A stretch of 64,000 nt of DNA, taken from the NCBI GenBank assembly GCA_016283775.1, contig JAEENL010000175.1, positions 30,766 through 94,765 of the forward strand, read 5' to 3'. The notes below the pieces were generated by a model. The model did not search any database, was not told the DNA's origin, and was given only the letters and a program-made list of their open reading frames with translations. Position 1 is the first letter of the stretch. Each line of letters begins with the position of its first letter. Shown here piece after piece: positions 43,688-54,033 of this stretch. The stretch comes from Lachnospiraceae bacterium. GTDB taxonomy: Bacteria > Bacillota > Clostridia > Lachnospirales > Lachnospiraceae. A program made the translations under genes and the position numbers.

Positions 43688-46594
43688 ATGACAAATCCTT
43701 TTAAAAGTCCTTTTATAAATAAAGCCTTAGCGCTGACTCTGGCGGCAGTCCTTGTATTGCCTCTCGCATCTGCGGATGCGTCCCCCCGCGGCAATGACGA
43801 CAGCCGCCCGGATATCAGCGCAATGGTGCACAATGCCGACAGTTACAGCGTTTATATGGCTGAGCACAGCGGCGCGGCAGAGCCCGATGTGGAGATAAAA
43901 CTCTCCGGCGACGGATTCATCAAAGCTTCCGAGGATTTTGAGGTCCTCGATTCTTATGAAGGCAGGAGCGGAAAAAGCCTTTTCACAAAAGAAGAAGGCT
44001 CCGTCACATACAGTTTTGACGTTCCCGAGACCGGTCTCTACAGCATCCGCCTCACATATTATCCCGTAAAGGGAAAGAACAACACGATAGAGCGTAAGGT
44101 CTACATAAACGACGAGATCCCGTTTGACGGTTCGCAGTACATTGAATTTTCGAGGATATGGACAAACGCGGAGCAGATCTTACGAGACTCGAGAGACAAT
44201 GACATCCGTCCGAGCCAGAAAGAAGCTCCCGAATGGATCACATCTTTCATGAAAGACAGCAACGGATATGTGACCGGGGCGTACAAGTATTACCTTGAAA
44301 AGGGTCCGAACACCGTAACGCTCGTATCCGTAAAAGAGCCGATGGTGATAGGAGAGATAGCTCTCACAAAGGAGACAATGCTCCCGACCTATGCGGAATA
44401 TGACGCGGCAAACCGCGCAGACGGCTTTTCGGAGATACAGAACGCAGAGATAAAGATACAGGGCGAGGAAGCGATCTTAAAATCCGACTCCACACTCTAC
44501 CCCATACCCGACAGAACGTCACCGCTCACAGAGCCTTACAATGCCTCAAAGACACGTCTCAACGTGATCGGAGGAACAAACTGGAAGCTTGTGGGACAGT
44601 GGATAACCTGGGAATTTGACGCTCCCGAGGATGGTCTGTACAGGATAATGGTAAAGTACAGACAGAACAAAAACACCGGCGTTACCGTCTGCCGCTCGCT
44701 GGAGATAGACGGCGCGACGCCGTTCAGAGAAGCGGAAGAGTTCTACTTCTACTACGAGAACGCATGGCAGATGTCAGTGCTCGGAAACGGCAGCAATCCA
44801 TATTATTTCAGACTTTCCAAAGGAAAACACCGCCTGACCTTTCGTGTCGGACTTGGTCAGGATCTTGCGGACATATTGCTTGTGGCAAGTGACAGCGTTG
44901 AAGAACTGAACGCGGCATATCGCGAGCTTCTCATGATCATCGGCAGCACGCCCGATACGATGCGTGATTACCAGCTTGAAGTAAAGTGCCCTGATACTCT
45001 TAAGCGTCTTGCGCGCCAGTACGATGCGGTGAGTAAGCTTAAAGAAATGGTCGGCATATATTCCAAAGGCCGCAAGGGAAGCGAGACACAGGCGATAGAC
45101 AACCTTATAAACCAGCTTGACCGCATGACGAAAAAGCCCGAGAACATCGCCAAACAGTGGACAGCCTTTAAGGACAACATAGTTTCCCTGAGTTCCTGGA
45201 TACTCACGATGAGCGAGCAGCCTCTTGAGATAGACTATATGCTGGTCTGCGGAAAGTCCACCAAAAAGCCGAAAGCAGACCCCGGATTCTTCCAGAGCTT
45301 TTTCCACGAGATAAGGCAGTTTGCAGCAAGCTTTGTGGAGGATTACGACAGCATCGGAGAGATCTATGATGACAAGACTGAAGTGCTCGACGTGTGGATC
45401 CTCGCAGACGGAAGCAACATAACGAGCATGACCGGCGGCGGACGCGATCAGGCGACCGTTATAAAGACTCTTGTGGACAACTACTTTGTTCCTCAGAAGG
45501 GGATACCCGTAAATATCAAGCTTGTAAACAAAGATGTCCTGCTCTCCGCAACGCTTGCCGGAAAAGGACCTGACGTCGCATTGAACGTTGCGGGCATAGA
45601 ACCCATGAACTACGCATTGAGGAACGCGGTCGTAGATCTCACTCAATTTGATGATTTTGAGGATGTAAAGAAGCATTTTTACAGCGAGGCGTTTGACCAG
45701 TTCACTCTTGAAGGCGGTGTTTACGCGCTTCCGCAGACGATGTCCTTCCATGTGATGTTTTACAGAGCGGATATCTTGAGCGAGCTGGGACTTGAAGTTC
45801 CCACCACATGGGACGAGTTTTACAGGTGCCTCTCGGTGATCCAGAAGAACAACATGAACATCGGTATCTTCCCCGACTGGACAACATTTGCGATGTTCCT
45901 GTACCAGCACGGAGGACAGTACTACACCGAAGATTCAAAGCACAGCGCGCTCGACACCGAAAATGCGGTGGCTGCGTTCAAGCAGTGGAGCGGAAATTAT
46001 GTAAATTACGGAATGCCCGTATCGTACGATATGGCAAACCGTTTCCGTACAGGCGAGATGCCTCTTGCGATAGGAGACTACACTCAGTACAACTACCTTT
46101 CGGTATTTGCTCCCGAGATCAAGGGAGACTGGGGATTCACGCTCGTACCCGGATTTGAAAATGAGGACGGCACACTTGACCGCTCGGTTTCCGCATGGGA
46201 GACGGCATGCGTCATAATGGCCACCAGCGACCACAAGAAAGAGGGCTGGGAATTCCTAAAATGGTGGATGGGCGACGACACACAGACAGAGTACGGCAAC
46301 GAGATAGAAAACGTGCTCGGCGTGGCGGGACGAGTTGCGACAGCCAACATGAAAGCACTTGAGAATCTGCCGTGGGCCACAGCCGACTACAGAGAGCTCG
46401 TAAAGCAGCTTTCATGGGTAAAGGCACTTCCTCAGGTGCCCGGCGGATATTTCACCGAACGCCATATAAAGAACGCATTCTACACTGTTTACAACAACAA
46501 CGAAGACCCGCGTGAAACACTTTCTGACTACGTAAAGCAGATCAATTACGAGATAACGAGAAAACGTCTCGAATTTGGCCTGCCTGTCGATTAG
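43688..46594 (+). CDS. Giant extracellular solute-binding protein (tandem CBM-like domains + family-1 SBP)
   Basis: Signal peptide present. Two similar beta-sandwich segments (VTYSFDVPETGLYSIRLTYYP and ITWEFDAPEDGLYRIMVKYRQ). The C-terminal ~450 aa have SBP character (WDEFYRCL, GIFPDW, FKQWSGNYVNYG). Confidence 0.75.
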   Translation: MTNPFKSPFINKALALTLAAVLVLPLASADASPRGNDDSRPDISAMVHNADSYSVYMAEHSGAAEPDVEIKLSGDGFIKASEDFEVLDSYEGRSGKSLFTKEEGSVTYSFDVPETGLYSIRLTYYPVKGKNNTIERKVYINDEIPFDGSQYIEFSRIWTNAEQILRDSRDNDIRPSQKEAPEWITSFMKDSNGYVTGAYKYYLEKGPNTVTLVSVKEPMVIGEIALTKETMLPTYAEYDAANRADGFSEIQNAEIKIQGEEAILKSDSTLYPIPDRTSPLTEPYNASKTRLNVIGGTNWKLVGQWITWEFDAPEDGLYRIMVKYRQNKNTGVTVCRSLEIDGATPFREAEEFYFYYENAWQMSVLGNGSNPYYFRLSKGKHRLTFRVGLGQDLADILLVASDSVEELNAAYRELLMIIGSTPDTMRDYQLEVKCPDTLKRLARQYDAVSKLKEMVGIYSKGRKGSETQAIDNLINQLDRMTKKPENIAKQWTAFKDNIVSLSSWILTMSEQPLEIDYMLVCGKSTKKPKADPGFFQSFFHEIRQFAASFVEDYDSIGEIYDDKTEVLDVWILADGSNITSMTGGGRDQATVIKTLVDNYFVPQKGIPVNIKLVNKDVLLSATLAGKGPDVALNVAGIEPMNYALRNAVVDLTQFDDFEDVKKHFYSEAFDQFTLEGGVYALPQTMSFHVMFYRADILSELGLEVPTTWDEFYRCLSVIQKNNMNIGIFPDWTTFAMFLYQHGGQYYTEDSKHSALDTENAVAAFKQWSGNYVNYGMPVSYDMANRFRTGEMPLAIGDYTQYNYLSVFAPEIKGDWGFTLVPGFENEDGTLDRSVSAWETACVIMATSDHKKEGWEFLKWWMGDDTQTEYGNEIENVLGVAGRVATANMKALENLPWATADYRELVKQLSWVKALPQVPGGYFTERHIKNAFYTVYNNNEDPRETLSDYVKQINYEITRKRLEFGLPVD

Positions 46595-46605
46595 GAGCTT
46601 ACGTA

Positions 46606-47568
46606 ATGGAAAAGGACGTTAAAAAAGAAAAAAGCTCGTGGTCCATTTACCCGCGCTACATGTTAAAGCAGGCAAAGCACGTCTTTAAGGACATGCGAAG
46701 ACATAAGGTCTCATATCTGTTCATGCTGCCTTATTTACTGCTTTTTACCGTGTTCATCCTTGCGCCGGTCATCGTATCCATCGGACTCAGCTTCACCTAC
46801 TTCAACATCCTTGAAAAGCCGAGATTTGTGGGATGGCAGAACTACGTGGATCTGTTCTTTGCGGACGAGGTGTTCCTCACCGCGGTAAAGAACACATTCC
46901 TCTTTGCGGTGGTAACAGGCCCCATCGGCTATTTCATGGCGCTTTTCATTGCGTGGATGATAAACGACATCAGGAACAAAAAGGTGCGCGCTTTTATGAC
47001 ACTTTTGTTCTATGCGCCGACTATCTCCGGACAGGCTTACATCGTGTGGAAATACATCTTTTCCAGCGATACCTACGGCTTTGCAAATGCATGGCTCATG
47101 AAGCTCGGGATCACTTATTCCGCACATCTGTGGTTTGAAGACCAGAAATACATAGTTCCGATCCTCATAATAGTAGTGCTCTGGATGAGCATGGGCACCG
47201 GCTTCCTTTCATTCATTGCCGGTCTCCAGAACGTGGATCAGTCGCTCTACGAAGCAGGATATATGGACGGAATAAAAAACCGTTTCCAGGAACTCTGGTA
47301 CATAACACTTCCTTCGATGAAGCCTCAGCTTATGTTTGGTGCCGTAATGACCATCACTTCGTCATTTGCGATACATGAGCAGCTTGCCGCGCTGGCAGGC
47401 TTCCCCAGCGTAAACTACGCCGCGCATACCGTTGTGTCACATCTTGTGGACTACGGCAGCATCCGTTTTGAAATGGGATATGCATCGGCGATAGCAACGC
47501 TTTTGTTCATCGTCATGATCGTATGCAATAAGGGGATCCAGGCATTGCTCAGAAAGGTAGGGCAGTGA
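46606..47568 (+). CDS. CUT1 sugar ABC transporter permease (MalF-like)
   Basis: 6 TM with an EAA-like loop (LYEAGYMDGIKNRFQELWYITLP). Confidence 0.85.
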   Translation: MEKDVKKEKSSWSIYPRYMLKQAKHVFKDMRRHKVSYLFMLPYLLLFTVFILAPVIVSIGLSFTYFNILEKPRFVGWQNYVDLFFADEVFLTAVKNTFLFAVVTGPIGYFMALFIAWMINDIRNKKVRAFMTLLFYAPTISGQAYIVWKYIFSSDTYGFANAWLMKLGITYSAHLWFEDQKYIVPILIIVVLWMSMGTGFLSFIAGLQNVDQSLYEAGYMDGIKNRFQELWYITLPSMKPQLMFGAVMTITSSFAIHEQLAALAGFPSVNYAAHTVVSHLVDYGSIRFEMGYASAIATLLFIVMIVCNKGIQALLRKVGQ

Positions 47569-47570
47569 TC

Positions 47571-48434
47571 ATGGCATTCAGGCACAAAAAGAGAGCAAAA
47601 CAGACTCACTCCATGGCGGGAAATGCAGTCTGCATAGCGATACTCATAATCATGGGCTCTTTCATGGGACTTCCGCTCGTACTAGCGGTTTGCAATTCCC
47701 TGAAGCCCCTTGAAGAACTTTTTATCTTCCCGCCCAGATTTTTCGTAAGGAACCCAACCGGAAAGAACTTCCACGACATTTTCGTTCTGATGAGCGAATC
47801 GTGGGTGCCTTTCAGCAGATATATCTTCAACACGGTGTTCATCACGCTTTTCGGAACCGCAGGACACCTGTTTGTGGCAAGCCTCTGCGCATATCCTCTG
47901 GCAAAGCACAAGTTCCCCGGAAGGAACCTGATATTCTGGCTGATCGTGACCGCCCTCATGTTTTCGGGGCATGTCACAGCGATCCCGAACTATCTGGTAA
48001 TGGCAAAGCTCAACTGGCTTGACAACTACCTTTCGCTCATTGTACCCGCCATCGTTAAGCCTATGGGACTCTTCCTCATGAAGCAGTTCATGGAGCAGGT
48101 GCCGGATTCACTGATCGAAGCCGCAAAGATAGACGGATCGGGCGAGTTCAGGATATTCTCCACGATCGTGATGCCGTCGGTAAAACCCGCATGGCTCACG
48201 CTCATAATATTCTGCTTCCAGGATCTGTGGAACCTGCAGGGTTCAAACTATATCTACAGTGAGAACTTAAAGACACTGCCTTACGCACTCTCCCAGATAT
48301 CCGCAGCGGGTATCTCAAGAGCCGGAGCTACGGCAGCGGTCGCAGTCATCATGATGATCATACCTATCACGATCTTTATACTGTGCCAGAGCAACATCAT
48401 CGAAACGATGGTATCCTCGGGCATCAAGGAATAG
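47571..48434 (+). CDS. CUT1 sugar ABC transporter permease (MalG-like)
   Basis: EAA loop LIEAAKIDGSGEFRIFSTIVMP. An alternative GTG start at 47565 overlaps the upstream stop. Confidence 0.85.
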   Translation: MAFRHKKRAKQTHSMAGNAVCIAILIIMGSFMGLPLVLAVCNSLKPLEELFIFPPRFFVRNPTGKNFHDIFVLMSESWVPFSRYIFNTVFITLFGTAGHLFVASLCAYPLAKHKFPGRNLIFWLIVTALMFSGHVTAIPNYLVMAKLNWLDNYLSLIVPAIVKPMGLFLMKQFMEQVPDSLIEAAKIDGSGEFRIFSTIVMPSVKPAWLTLIIFCFQDLWNLQGSNYIYSENLKTLPYALSQISAAGISRAGATAAVAVIMMIIPITIFILCQSNIIETMVSSGIKE

Positions 48435-48443
48435 GGGGTGCGC

Positions 48444-49919
48444 ATGAGAAAAAGTCTGTTTTTCGCAGCTGTCGCATCGGCGTCACTCCTGCTGATACAG
48501 CCTGTCGCAGCGCATGCGGAAGTGCCGTATGAGACCTACAGCTACAACTATTACCAGGAAACGGTGGCTCAGCCTCACGTTTACCTGTATGACGAGACTT
48601 ACACCTTTGACGGGTTTGAGACTCCCGTGAAGAACCCGCAGGACATGTTTGTAAAGGATGATGTCTTTTATATCGCGGACACGGGTAATTCCAGGATAGT
48701 AAAGACAAACAGCGAAGGTGAGCTCCTTTTGGAAATAAAGAGCGCATCGTCCGAAGAGGATCTGCTTTCAAAACCGCAGGGCGTCTTTGTTACCGATGAA
48801 GACCACATCTATGTGGCGGACAGCGGAAACGGCCGTCTTGTCGAATATGATGAAAACGGCGGATATATAAGGCAGATAGGACGTCCCGTAACGGATCTCA
48901 TTGAGAAAGATGTGGCTTACACGCCGCAAAAGGTCGTTGTGGACAAAGACGGCAGGATCTATGTCACCGCTTACGGTATCAACATGGGCCTTCTTGAGTT
49001 CAACATCGAGGGTGATTTCCAGAGCTTCATGGGCGCCGTACAGGTTTCGGTATCACCGTTTGAGTACATCTGGAAGCACTATTTTTCCACAAAGGAACAG
49101 CAGGCCAGAATGGCGACCATCGTTCCCACGGAGTACAGCAACATCTTTGTGGACAAGGACAACTTCATCTACGCGACCATCAACAACCTGACAAACGCGG
49201 ATTATGTGAACGGTGCGGATGCCATAAGAAGGCTGAACCCCACCGGAAAAGACATTCTCCGCCGCCTCGGTCACTATTCGATAATCGGAGATCTCTACAA
49301 GTCCGAGGATAACAAGTGGTCATCGTTCATAGACGTTGCGGCGACCGATTACGGCTGCTATTTCATCCTGGACAACGCAAACGGCAAGGTCTTTGGCTAT
49401 GATTACGACGGAAACTCACTTTTCGTTTTCGGAAGGAACGGAAACCGCGAAGGGAACGTGATGAACGCTGTCGCGATAGGCACAAACTCCGACGCTTCGA
49501 CGATCTACATTTTGGATTATCAGTTAAACAGCATACTTACATTTTCCATCACCGATTACGGAAGGCACCTGCTCGACGCGCTGAGACTGAACGACACCGG
49601 AGATACGGAAGGGTCGATCGCCGAATGGCGTGAGGTGCTGAGGCTCAACAGCAACAACGAATTTGCCTATACGGGTCTCGGAAAGAGCTTCCTTGCAAAC
49701 GGCGAGTACAAGAAGGCGATGGAATACTTCAAGAACGGAAATAACAAGAAATATTACTCAAAGGCACTGTACTACCACCGTAAAGAACTCATGGAAAAGA
49801 ACTTCGGGAAGATCATGGCCGTGCTTGCCGCGATCGTGCTGATCCCTGTGGTCGTAGTGACGTTCAAAAAGATAAAGAGATGGGCGGGTGAAGTGAAATG
49901 CGCTATGTCAAAGAATTAA
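48444..49919 (+). CDS. Secreted NHL-repeat beta-propeller + TPR protein with C-terminal TM anchor
   Basis: Signal peptide present. NHL-like repeats (FYIADTGNSRIVK, IYVADSGNGRLVEYD, RIYVTAYG). TPR-like EWREVLRLNSNNEFAYTGLGKSFLANGEYKKAMEYF. C-terminal TM IMAVLAAIVLIPVVVV. Confidence 0.7.
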   Translation: MRKSLFFAAVASASLLLIQPVAAHAEVPYETYSYNYYQETVAQPHVYLYDETYTFDGFETPVKNPQDMFVKDDVFYIADTGNSRIVKTNSEGELLLEIKSASSEEDLLSKPQGVFVTDEDHIYVADSGNGRLVEYDENGGYIRQIGRPVTDLIEKDVAYTPQKVVVDKDGRIYVTAYGINMGLLEFNIEGDFQSFMGAVQVSVSPFEYIWKHYFSTKEQQARMATIVPTEYSNIFVDKDNFIYATINNLTNADYVNGADAIRRLNPTGKDILRRLGHYSIIGDLYKSEDNKWSSFIDVAATDYGCYFILDNANGKVFGYDYDGNSLFVFGRNGNREGNVMNAVAIGTNSDASTIYILDYQLNSILTFSITDYGRHLLDALRLNDTGDTEGSIAEWREVLRLNSNNEFAYTGLGKSFLANGEYKKAMEYFKNGNNKKYYSKALYYHRKELMEKNFGKIMAVLAAIVLIPVVVVTFKKIKRWAGEVKCAMSKN

Positions 49920-50515
49920 AATACGGCTTTCATATCCTGTTCCATCCGTTTGACGGATTTTGGCAGCTGAAGCGTGAGCACAAGGGCTCCCTTGCGGCTG
50001 CGCTCACCTTTGTCGGCATAGTGATCATGCTCACCACCTTCGAAAAGCAGACGACGGGATTTCTCTTTAACGCCGTACGTTTAAAAGACGTGAACGTGGT
50101 GGTGGATATTCTTACGGTTACCATGATCTATGTGCTCTGGTGCGTAGCAAACTGGTGCCTCACATCGCTCATGGACGGCGAGGGAAACATGAAGGACATC
50201 TTCATCGCGATGGGTTATGCACTGCTCCCGATGATCCTTATAAGGCTTCCCATGATCGCTCTGTCTCTCGGAATAACCGCCGAGGAAGGGACATTCTACT
50301 ATGTCCTCAACTCTGTGAGCTACATCTGGACCGGCATACTGGTCTTTTTCGGAACAATGGTCACACACCAGTATTCCTTCAAGAAAACAGTGCTGACCTG
50401 TATCTGCACCGTGGTGGGAATGGGGATCATAATGTTCATAGGACTCCTGTTCTTTTCGGTAATACAGCAGATGATCACGTTTTTTACAACGATCTACAAG
50501 GAGATCAGGTTTTAG
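49898..50515 (+). CDS. YIP1-like polytopic membrane protein
   Basis: 205 aa with five TM helices and a short N-terminus (HPFDGFWQLK) typical of Yip1-domain proteins. Overlaps the NHL gene by 22 nt. Confidence 0.6.
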   Translation: MRYVKELKYGFHILFHPFDGFWQLKREHKGSLAAALTFVGIVIMLTTFEKQTTGFLFNAVRLKDVNVVVDILTVTMIYVLWCVANWCLTSLMDGEGNMKDIFIAMGYALLPMILIRLPMIALSLGITAEEGTFYYVLNSVSYIWTGILVFFGTMVTHQYSFKKTVLTCICTVVGMGIIMFIGLLFFSVIQQMITFFTTIYKEIRF

Positions 50516-50529
50516 GAAAGGGGTAAAAC

Positions 50530-53076
50530 ATGAAAAAAGGGCATATCATCACGGCCTGTCTTTTGATCATAGCGCTGCTCTTTTCCCTGGTTCCCGCTGT
50601 TCCGGCGAGAGCCGATGAGGTTCCTTCCGGTATTCCAGGGAAGATGAAACAGGTGGCGGAAAACGACAGCCTGATCCTTTACCTTGATGAAGAAGAGACA
50701 AGCATTGCAGTCTATGTGAAAGAAAACGGGGATGTATGGTTCAGCAATCCCGTTGACGCGGATTCAGACACTTCCGCATCGGATTATCAGAAAAACCAGC
50801 TGAAAGCCCAGCTCTTTGTGCGTTATTTCAATGAAAACGTGCAGGAAGCAACTATGGACAACTACAGCCAGTGCATAAAGGACGGACAGTTTGAGATCGA
50901 GCCGCTTTCCGACGGCGTAAAGATCACTTACACCATCGGAGAGGGCATATCAAAGCTTCTCCTTCCGCAGGTCATCAGCGTGGAGCGTATGGAACAGTTT
51001 GCTTCAAAGCTGGAATCCTCGCAGTCGAAAAAGCTTTTGAGAAACTATACGAAATATGAGCTCGCAACAGTGAAGGAATCCGACAAAAAGGACCTTCTCG
51101 AAAACTATCCGGGGCTTGAAAACCACAGCATTTACGTGCTGAAGAGCAGCGTAAAGGATTACATCAAAGAGGAGCTTTCGGGCTATATCCAGGAAGCGGG
51201 CTACACCTGGGAAGATTACGATTTTGATCTTACCGACAACGGTTACCAGACAGCCGACACAAAGCCGTGGTTCGTCATTCCGCTCACCTACCGCCTTGAG
51301 GGAAGAAACCTCATAGCCGAGGTGGATCCGGAAGAGATCACCTATAACGAAGAAGGCTATTATCCTGTCGAAGTGGAGATGCTTCCCTATTTCGGAGCCG
51401 CAAAGAAAGGCGAGGAAGGATACATATTCGTTCCCGACGGAAGCGGCGCGCTGATCTACAACGATACAAAGAGCAACATAGCATATAACGCAAGGGTGTA
51501 CGGACAGGATGTCACGATGAACGTTCTGTCGACCGTAAAGTCACAGATAGACCAGTCCGTTACCATAAAGCTTCCGGTGTTCGGAATGAAAAAAGGTGAT
51601 ACGGCATGGTATGCGGTCATCGAAGACGGTGATGCATATGCCGACATAACCGCATCCACATCGGGACGTGTAAACAATTACAACAACGTCTATGCCGGTT
51701 TTCAGTTCCTTGAATACGGTGTGAGCACGCTAGGCAGCATGGTGGGCTCAAACAGTTTCCAGATGTATTCCTTAAGGGAATTTGACGGCACCTATAAGCT
51801 GCGATTCGGATTCCTTTCGGGTGAAAATGCAGATTATTCGGGAATGGCATGCGCTTACAGGGATTACCTTACCGGAAAGGGTGTCCTTAAGACAAGACTT
51901 ACGGAAGGCTCTGCGCCGTTTTATGTGGAATACATAGGCGCGATCGACAAGAGCGCCACATTCCTCGGCATCAAATACCGCGCAGTGACGCCGGTAACCA
52001 CATATGCCCAGGCAGAAAAGATCACGGACGCGCTGCTCACTGCGGGCGTGAATGACATAAATGTCATATGGTCCGGATGGGCAAATCACGGACTGCACGG
52101 GACTGCGCATACTGAGATCAAAAATGTGGGAAAACTGTCAAACGGAGGAGTTTCGCAGAAAAAATTCCTTTCGGACATGGCAGGAAAAGGGATAGACACA
52201 TATTTCACGGCGGAATACCAGCATGTCTACAGAGATCTTCCGGCAGACGGCTATACGGTACTCGGGTCCGCTCCCAAGTATTTTGACCGCTCCGCGGTTA
52301 AAGAAGCGACATATTACCTTTCAAACAACATGGTCGACTCAAACGACAAGATCGCGCTCATAAAGCCCACACTTGCAGTAAAAGTCACGAATGCGCTCAA
52401 AAAAGCATTTGCGAAGCAGACGGGCGTAGGTTTTAACATCGGAACGATCAGCAGCAATCTCTACACTGACCAGCAGACCGAAAACTATACCGATCGTCAG
52501 CGGGCGCTCCTTTTGAACACGGCCGCCGTAAAGGATCTTTACGACGCCTTCGGGGGAAAGATCATCGCTGACAACGCGAACGCATACATGTTCGGATATG
52601 CGGCAGATATCATAAACGTTCCGCTTGATTCAAACCGTTCAAGGATAATAAGCGAAGCGGTACCGTTTTATGAGATGGTGCTGCACGGCTATGTGGATTT
52701 TGCGGGCGACTGCCTCAATATGACCGATGACTACAACACAACGCTCTTAAAGAGCATAGAATCCGGGGCAGGACTCTATTTCAAGTGGATCTACTCCGAT
52801 AATTCGGTCCTCAAAGAAACAGATTTTGACTCTCTTTATTCGGTCAACTACAAGAGCTGGATCGACCGCGCAACGGAAGATTACGGCACGGTAAACCGGG
52901 TCCTTGGGCCTCTTCGCGGACAGACGATCGTAAAACATGAGATCGTTTCAAAGAAGGTCGTTCGCGTAACGTACGAGAAAGGAACGCAGATTCTGGTGAA
53001 TTACTCAAAGGAAAACGTCACGGTTGACGGACAGACAGTGAACGCCGGAAGTTTTGCGGTGGTGACCGGGAAATGA
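50530..53076 (+). CDS. Large secreted uncharacterised protein (I believe DUF5696-like; unverified)
   Basis: 848 aa with a signal peptide (LFSLVPAVPARADE). No glycoside-hydrolase signature that I recognise. Motifs include YIFVPDGSGALIY and WSGWANHGLHG. Confidence 0.5.
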   Translation: MKKGHIITACLLIIALLFSLVPAVPARADEVPSGIPGKMKQVAENDSLILYLDEEETSIAVYVKENGDVWFSNPVDADSDTSASDYQKNQLKAQLFVRYFNENVQEATMDNYSQCIKDGQFEIEPLSDGVKITYTIGEGISKLLLPQVISVERMEQFASKLESSQSKKLLRNYTKYELATVKESDKKDLLENYPGLENHSIYVLKSSVKDYIKEELSGYIQEAGYTWEDYDFDLTDNGYQTADTKPWFVIPLTYRLEGRNLIAEVDPEEITYNEEGYYPVEVEMLPYFGAAKKGEEGYIFVPDGSGALIYNDTKSNIAYNARVYGQDVTMNVLSTVKSQIDQSVTIKLPVFGMKKGDTAWYAVIEDGDAYADITASTSGRVNNYNNVYAGFQFLEYGVSTLGSMVGSNSFQMYSLREFDGTYKLRFGFLSGENADYSGMACAYRDYLTGKGVLKTRLTEGSAPFYVEYIGAIDKSATFLGIKYRAVTPVTTYAQAEKITDALLTAGVNDINVIWSGWANHGLHGTAHTEIKNVGKLSNGGVSQKKFLSDMAGKGIDTYFTAEYQHVYRDLPADGYTVLGSAPKYFDRSAVKEATYYLSNNMVDSNDKIALIKPTLAVKVTNALKKAFAKQTGVGFNIGTISSNLYTDQQTENYTDRQRALLLNTAAVKDLYDAFGGKIIADNANAYMFGYAADIINVPLDSNRSRIISEAVPFYEMVLHGYVDFAGDCLNMTDDYNTTLLKSIESGAGLYFKWIYSDNSVLKETDFDSLYSVNYKSWIDRATEDYGTVNRVLGPLRGQTIVKHEIVSKKVVRVTYEKGTQILVNYSKENVTVDGQTVNAGSFAVVTGK

Positions 53077-54017
53077 AAAACAAAGGCTATTTCAAAAAAG
53101 CAAACGGAAAATGGAGACTTTCGCTCCTGGGACGTGAGGCTCTGGCGGGGATAGGCTTTGCGCTTCCTTTCCTCATCGGTTTCTTTGGGCTGTTCCTTCC
53201 CATGATCGTAAAGTCGGTGAGCTACAGCTTCAGCAATATGAGTGTCGAGAGCACGGGATATGTGCTGACAAGGGCGGAGAAGAACGGTCTTGAGCATTAT
53301 ATCAGGGCGCTCACGATAGACCCCGATTTCAACAGGATGCTGTTACAGGCGATCGTCGACATGTTCACAAAAGTGCCGCTCGTCATCATTTTCAGCTTCT
53401 TTATGGCAAACATGCTGAACCAGAAGTTCCACGGGCGCGCCATAGCAAGATCGATCCTGTTTCTACCTGTTATCCTGACTTCGGGTGTCGTTCTCGGACT
53501 TGAGTCTTCGGACCTTCTCCTTACGACGCTCAGCCCTGCGGAAATGTCAAACACGGATTTCAGCACAATACTTAATATTTCCGCTCTGCTCCTTAAATAC
53601 ACCGATCTCCCGGCATCTGCGATCAATTTCCTCGCAAGTGCCGTAAACGGGATATATAACATCATCATTGCGTCGGGCGTGCAGATCCTGATCTTCCTTG
53701 CAGGCTTGCAATCGATCAGCCCGTCGCTTTACGAGGCTTCCTCCATGGAGGGCGCGACAGCGTGGGAGAACTTCTGGAAGATCACATTCCCGATGATCAG
53801 CCCTCTGATCCTCGTAAACAGCATCTATACGATCATCGACTCATTTACGAGTGAGACCAACGCCATCATGAAGGACATCAAAGACACGATCTTCGGCGAG
53901 GTAAAATACGGTCTCGGCTCTGCGATGGCCTGGATCTATTTCATTTGCATCGGCGTGATACTGCTGATCGTAGGCGGCATCATCTCGAGACATGTATTCT
54001 ACAATGATGAACGATAG
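53073..54017 (+). CDS. CUT1 sugar ABC transporter permease (MalF-like), second system
   Basis: 6 TM with EAA-like LYEASSMEGATAWENFWKITFP. The ATGA overlaps the upstream stop. Confidence 0.8.
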   Translation: MKNKGYFKKANGKWRLSLLGREALAGIGFALPFLIGFFGLFLPMIVKSVSYSFSNMSVESTGYVLTRAEKNGLEHYIRALTIDPDFNRMLLQAIVDMFTKVPLVIIFSFFMANMLNQKFHGRAIARSILFLPVILTSGVVLGLESSDLLLTTLSPAEMSNTDFSTILNISALLLKYTDLPASAINFLASAVNGIYNIIIASGVQILIFLAGLQSISPSLYEASSMEGATAWENFWKITFPMISPLILVNSIYTIIDSFTSETNAIMKDIKDTIFGEVKYGLGSAMAWIYFICIGVILLIVGGIISRHVFYNDER

Positions 54018-54033
54018 TACGGGAGAGACTCTT

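Noticed and set aside
44774-45910. 378-aa minus-strand ORF antisense to the giant SBP gene
   Set aside because: It is a shadow ORF with no SD, no recognisable domain and biased composition. The sense strand carries a coherent SBP.
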